A stretch of DNA of 63,756 bases, filler included, from Phoronis australis (lineage: Eukaryota; Animalia; Phoronida): assembly GCA_002633005.1 (NCBI GenBank). It is 5 parts of 5 records of this genome, joined end to end, with 100 filler letters (N's around TTAATTAATTAA, not from the genome) between each part and the next. Parts side by side here need not be neighbours in the genome. Positions count along the whole stretch, not along the records: positions 61,201 to 63,756 come from NMRA01003610.1; 4 more parts are not named here. One strand, 5' to 3'. How positions within the stretch are numbered: the first letter of the stretch is position 1; each line of letters starts with the position of its first letter. A program made the position numbers and the translations under genes. Below the pieces are notes generated by a model. The model saw nothing but the letters and a program-made list of their open reading frames with translations. It was not told the origin of the DNA and searched no databases. Below, piece after piece: positions 63,646 to 63,756 of this stretch.

Positions 63646-63756
63646 AGCCTCATGACTGGTCTTATGTACAACCGTCCTACAGACCACATCTCTTACCTTC
63701 AAGAGTGCTTGGGCATGATCAAACAAGAAGGCCTGGAAAGTGTTCGTTGGAATGCC
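63646..63756 (+). CDS. AK5: Adenylate kinase 5-like, exon 2 (runs off the window edge)
   Basis: ttacag|SLMTGLMYNRPTDHISYLQECLGMIKQEGLESVRWNA continues the AK5 pattern SL..GLM...P.D...YL..CL...V.W. Confidence 0.85.

Overview
AT-rich, intron-containing, transposon-dense animal (invertebrate-like) genomic scaffold with five assembly gaps; the species cannot be determined from the sequence. Host genes reconstructed by hand from splice sites: (1) a + strand gene of three WSC-domain exons (3.7-23.6 kb) whose introns are packed with nested transposons; (2) a two-coding-exon core-2/I-branching beta-1,6-GlcNAc transferase (GT14, GCNT family) on the - strand; (3) the first three exons of a secreted protein with a vitellogenin/LLTP-like N-terminus on the - strand; (4) one isolated ACMSD exon; (5) the first two exons of an AK5-like adenylate kinase, head-to-head with a signal-peptide exon that may be PIGK exon 1. 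Mobile DNA includes an apparently intact LINE 5' region whose ORF1 and ORF2 are separated by a single in-frame TAG, an AcademX element with TIRs and nested insertions, two Penelope-like copies, a ZNF862-type hAT, a decayed SAM+HECT (G2E3-like) module, and many MITEs and SINE-like heads. All protein-family assignments come from motif recognition, not database searches. No prokaryotic systems and no CRISPR arrays were seen.
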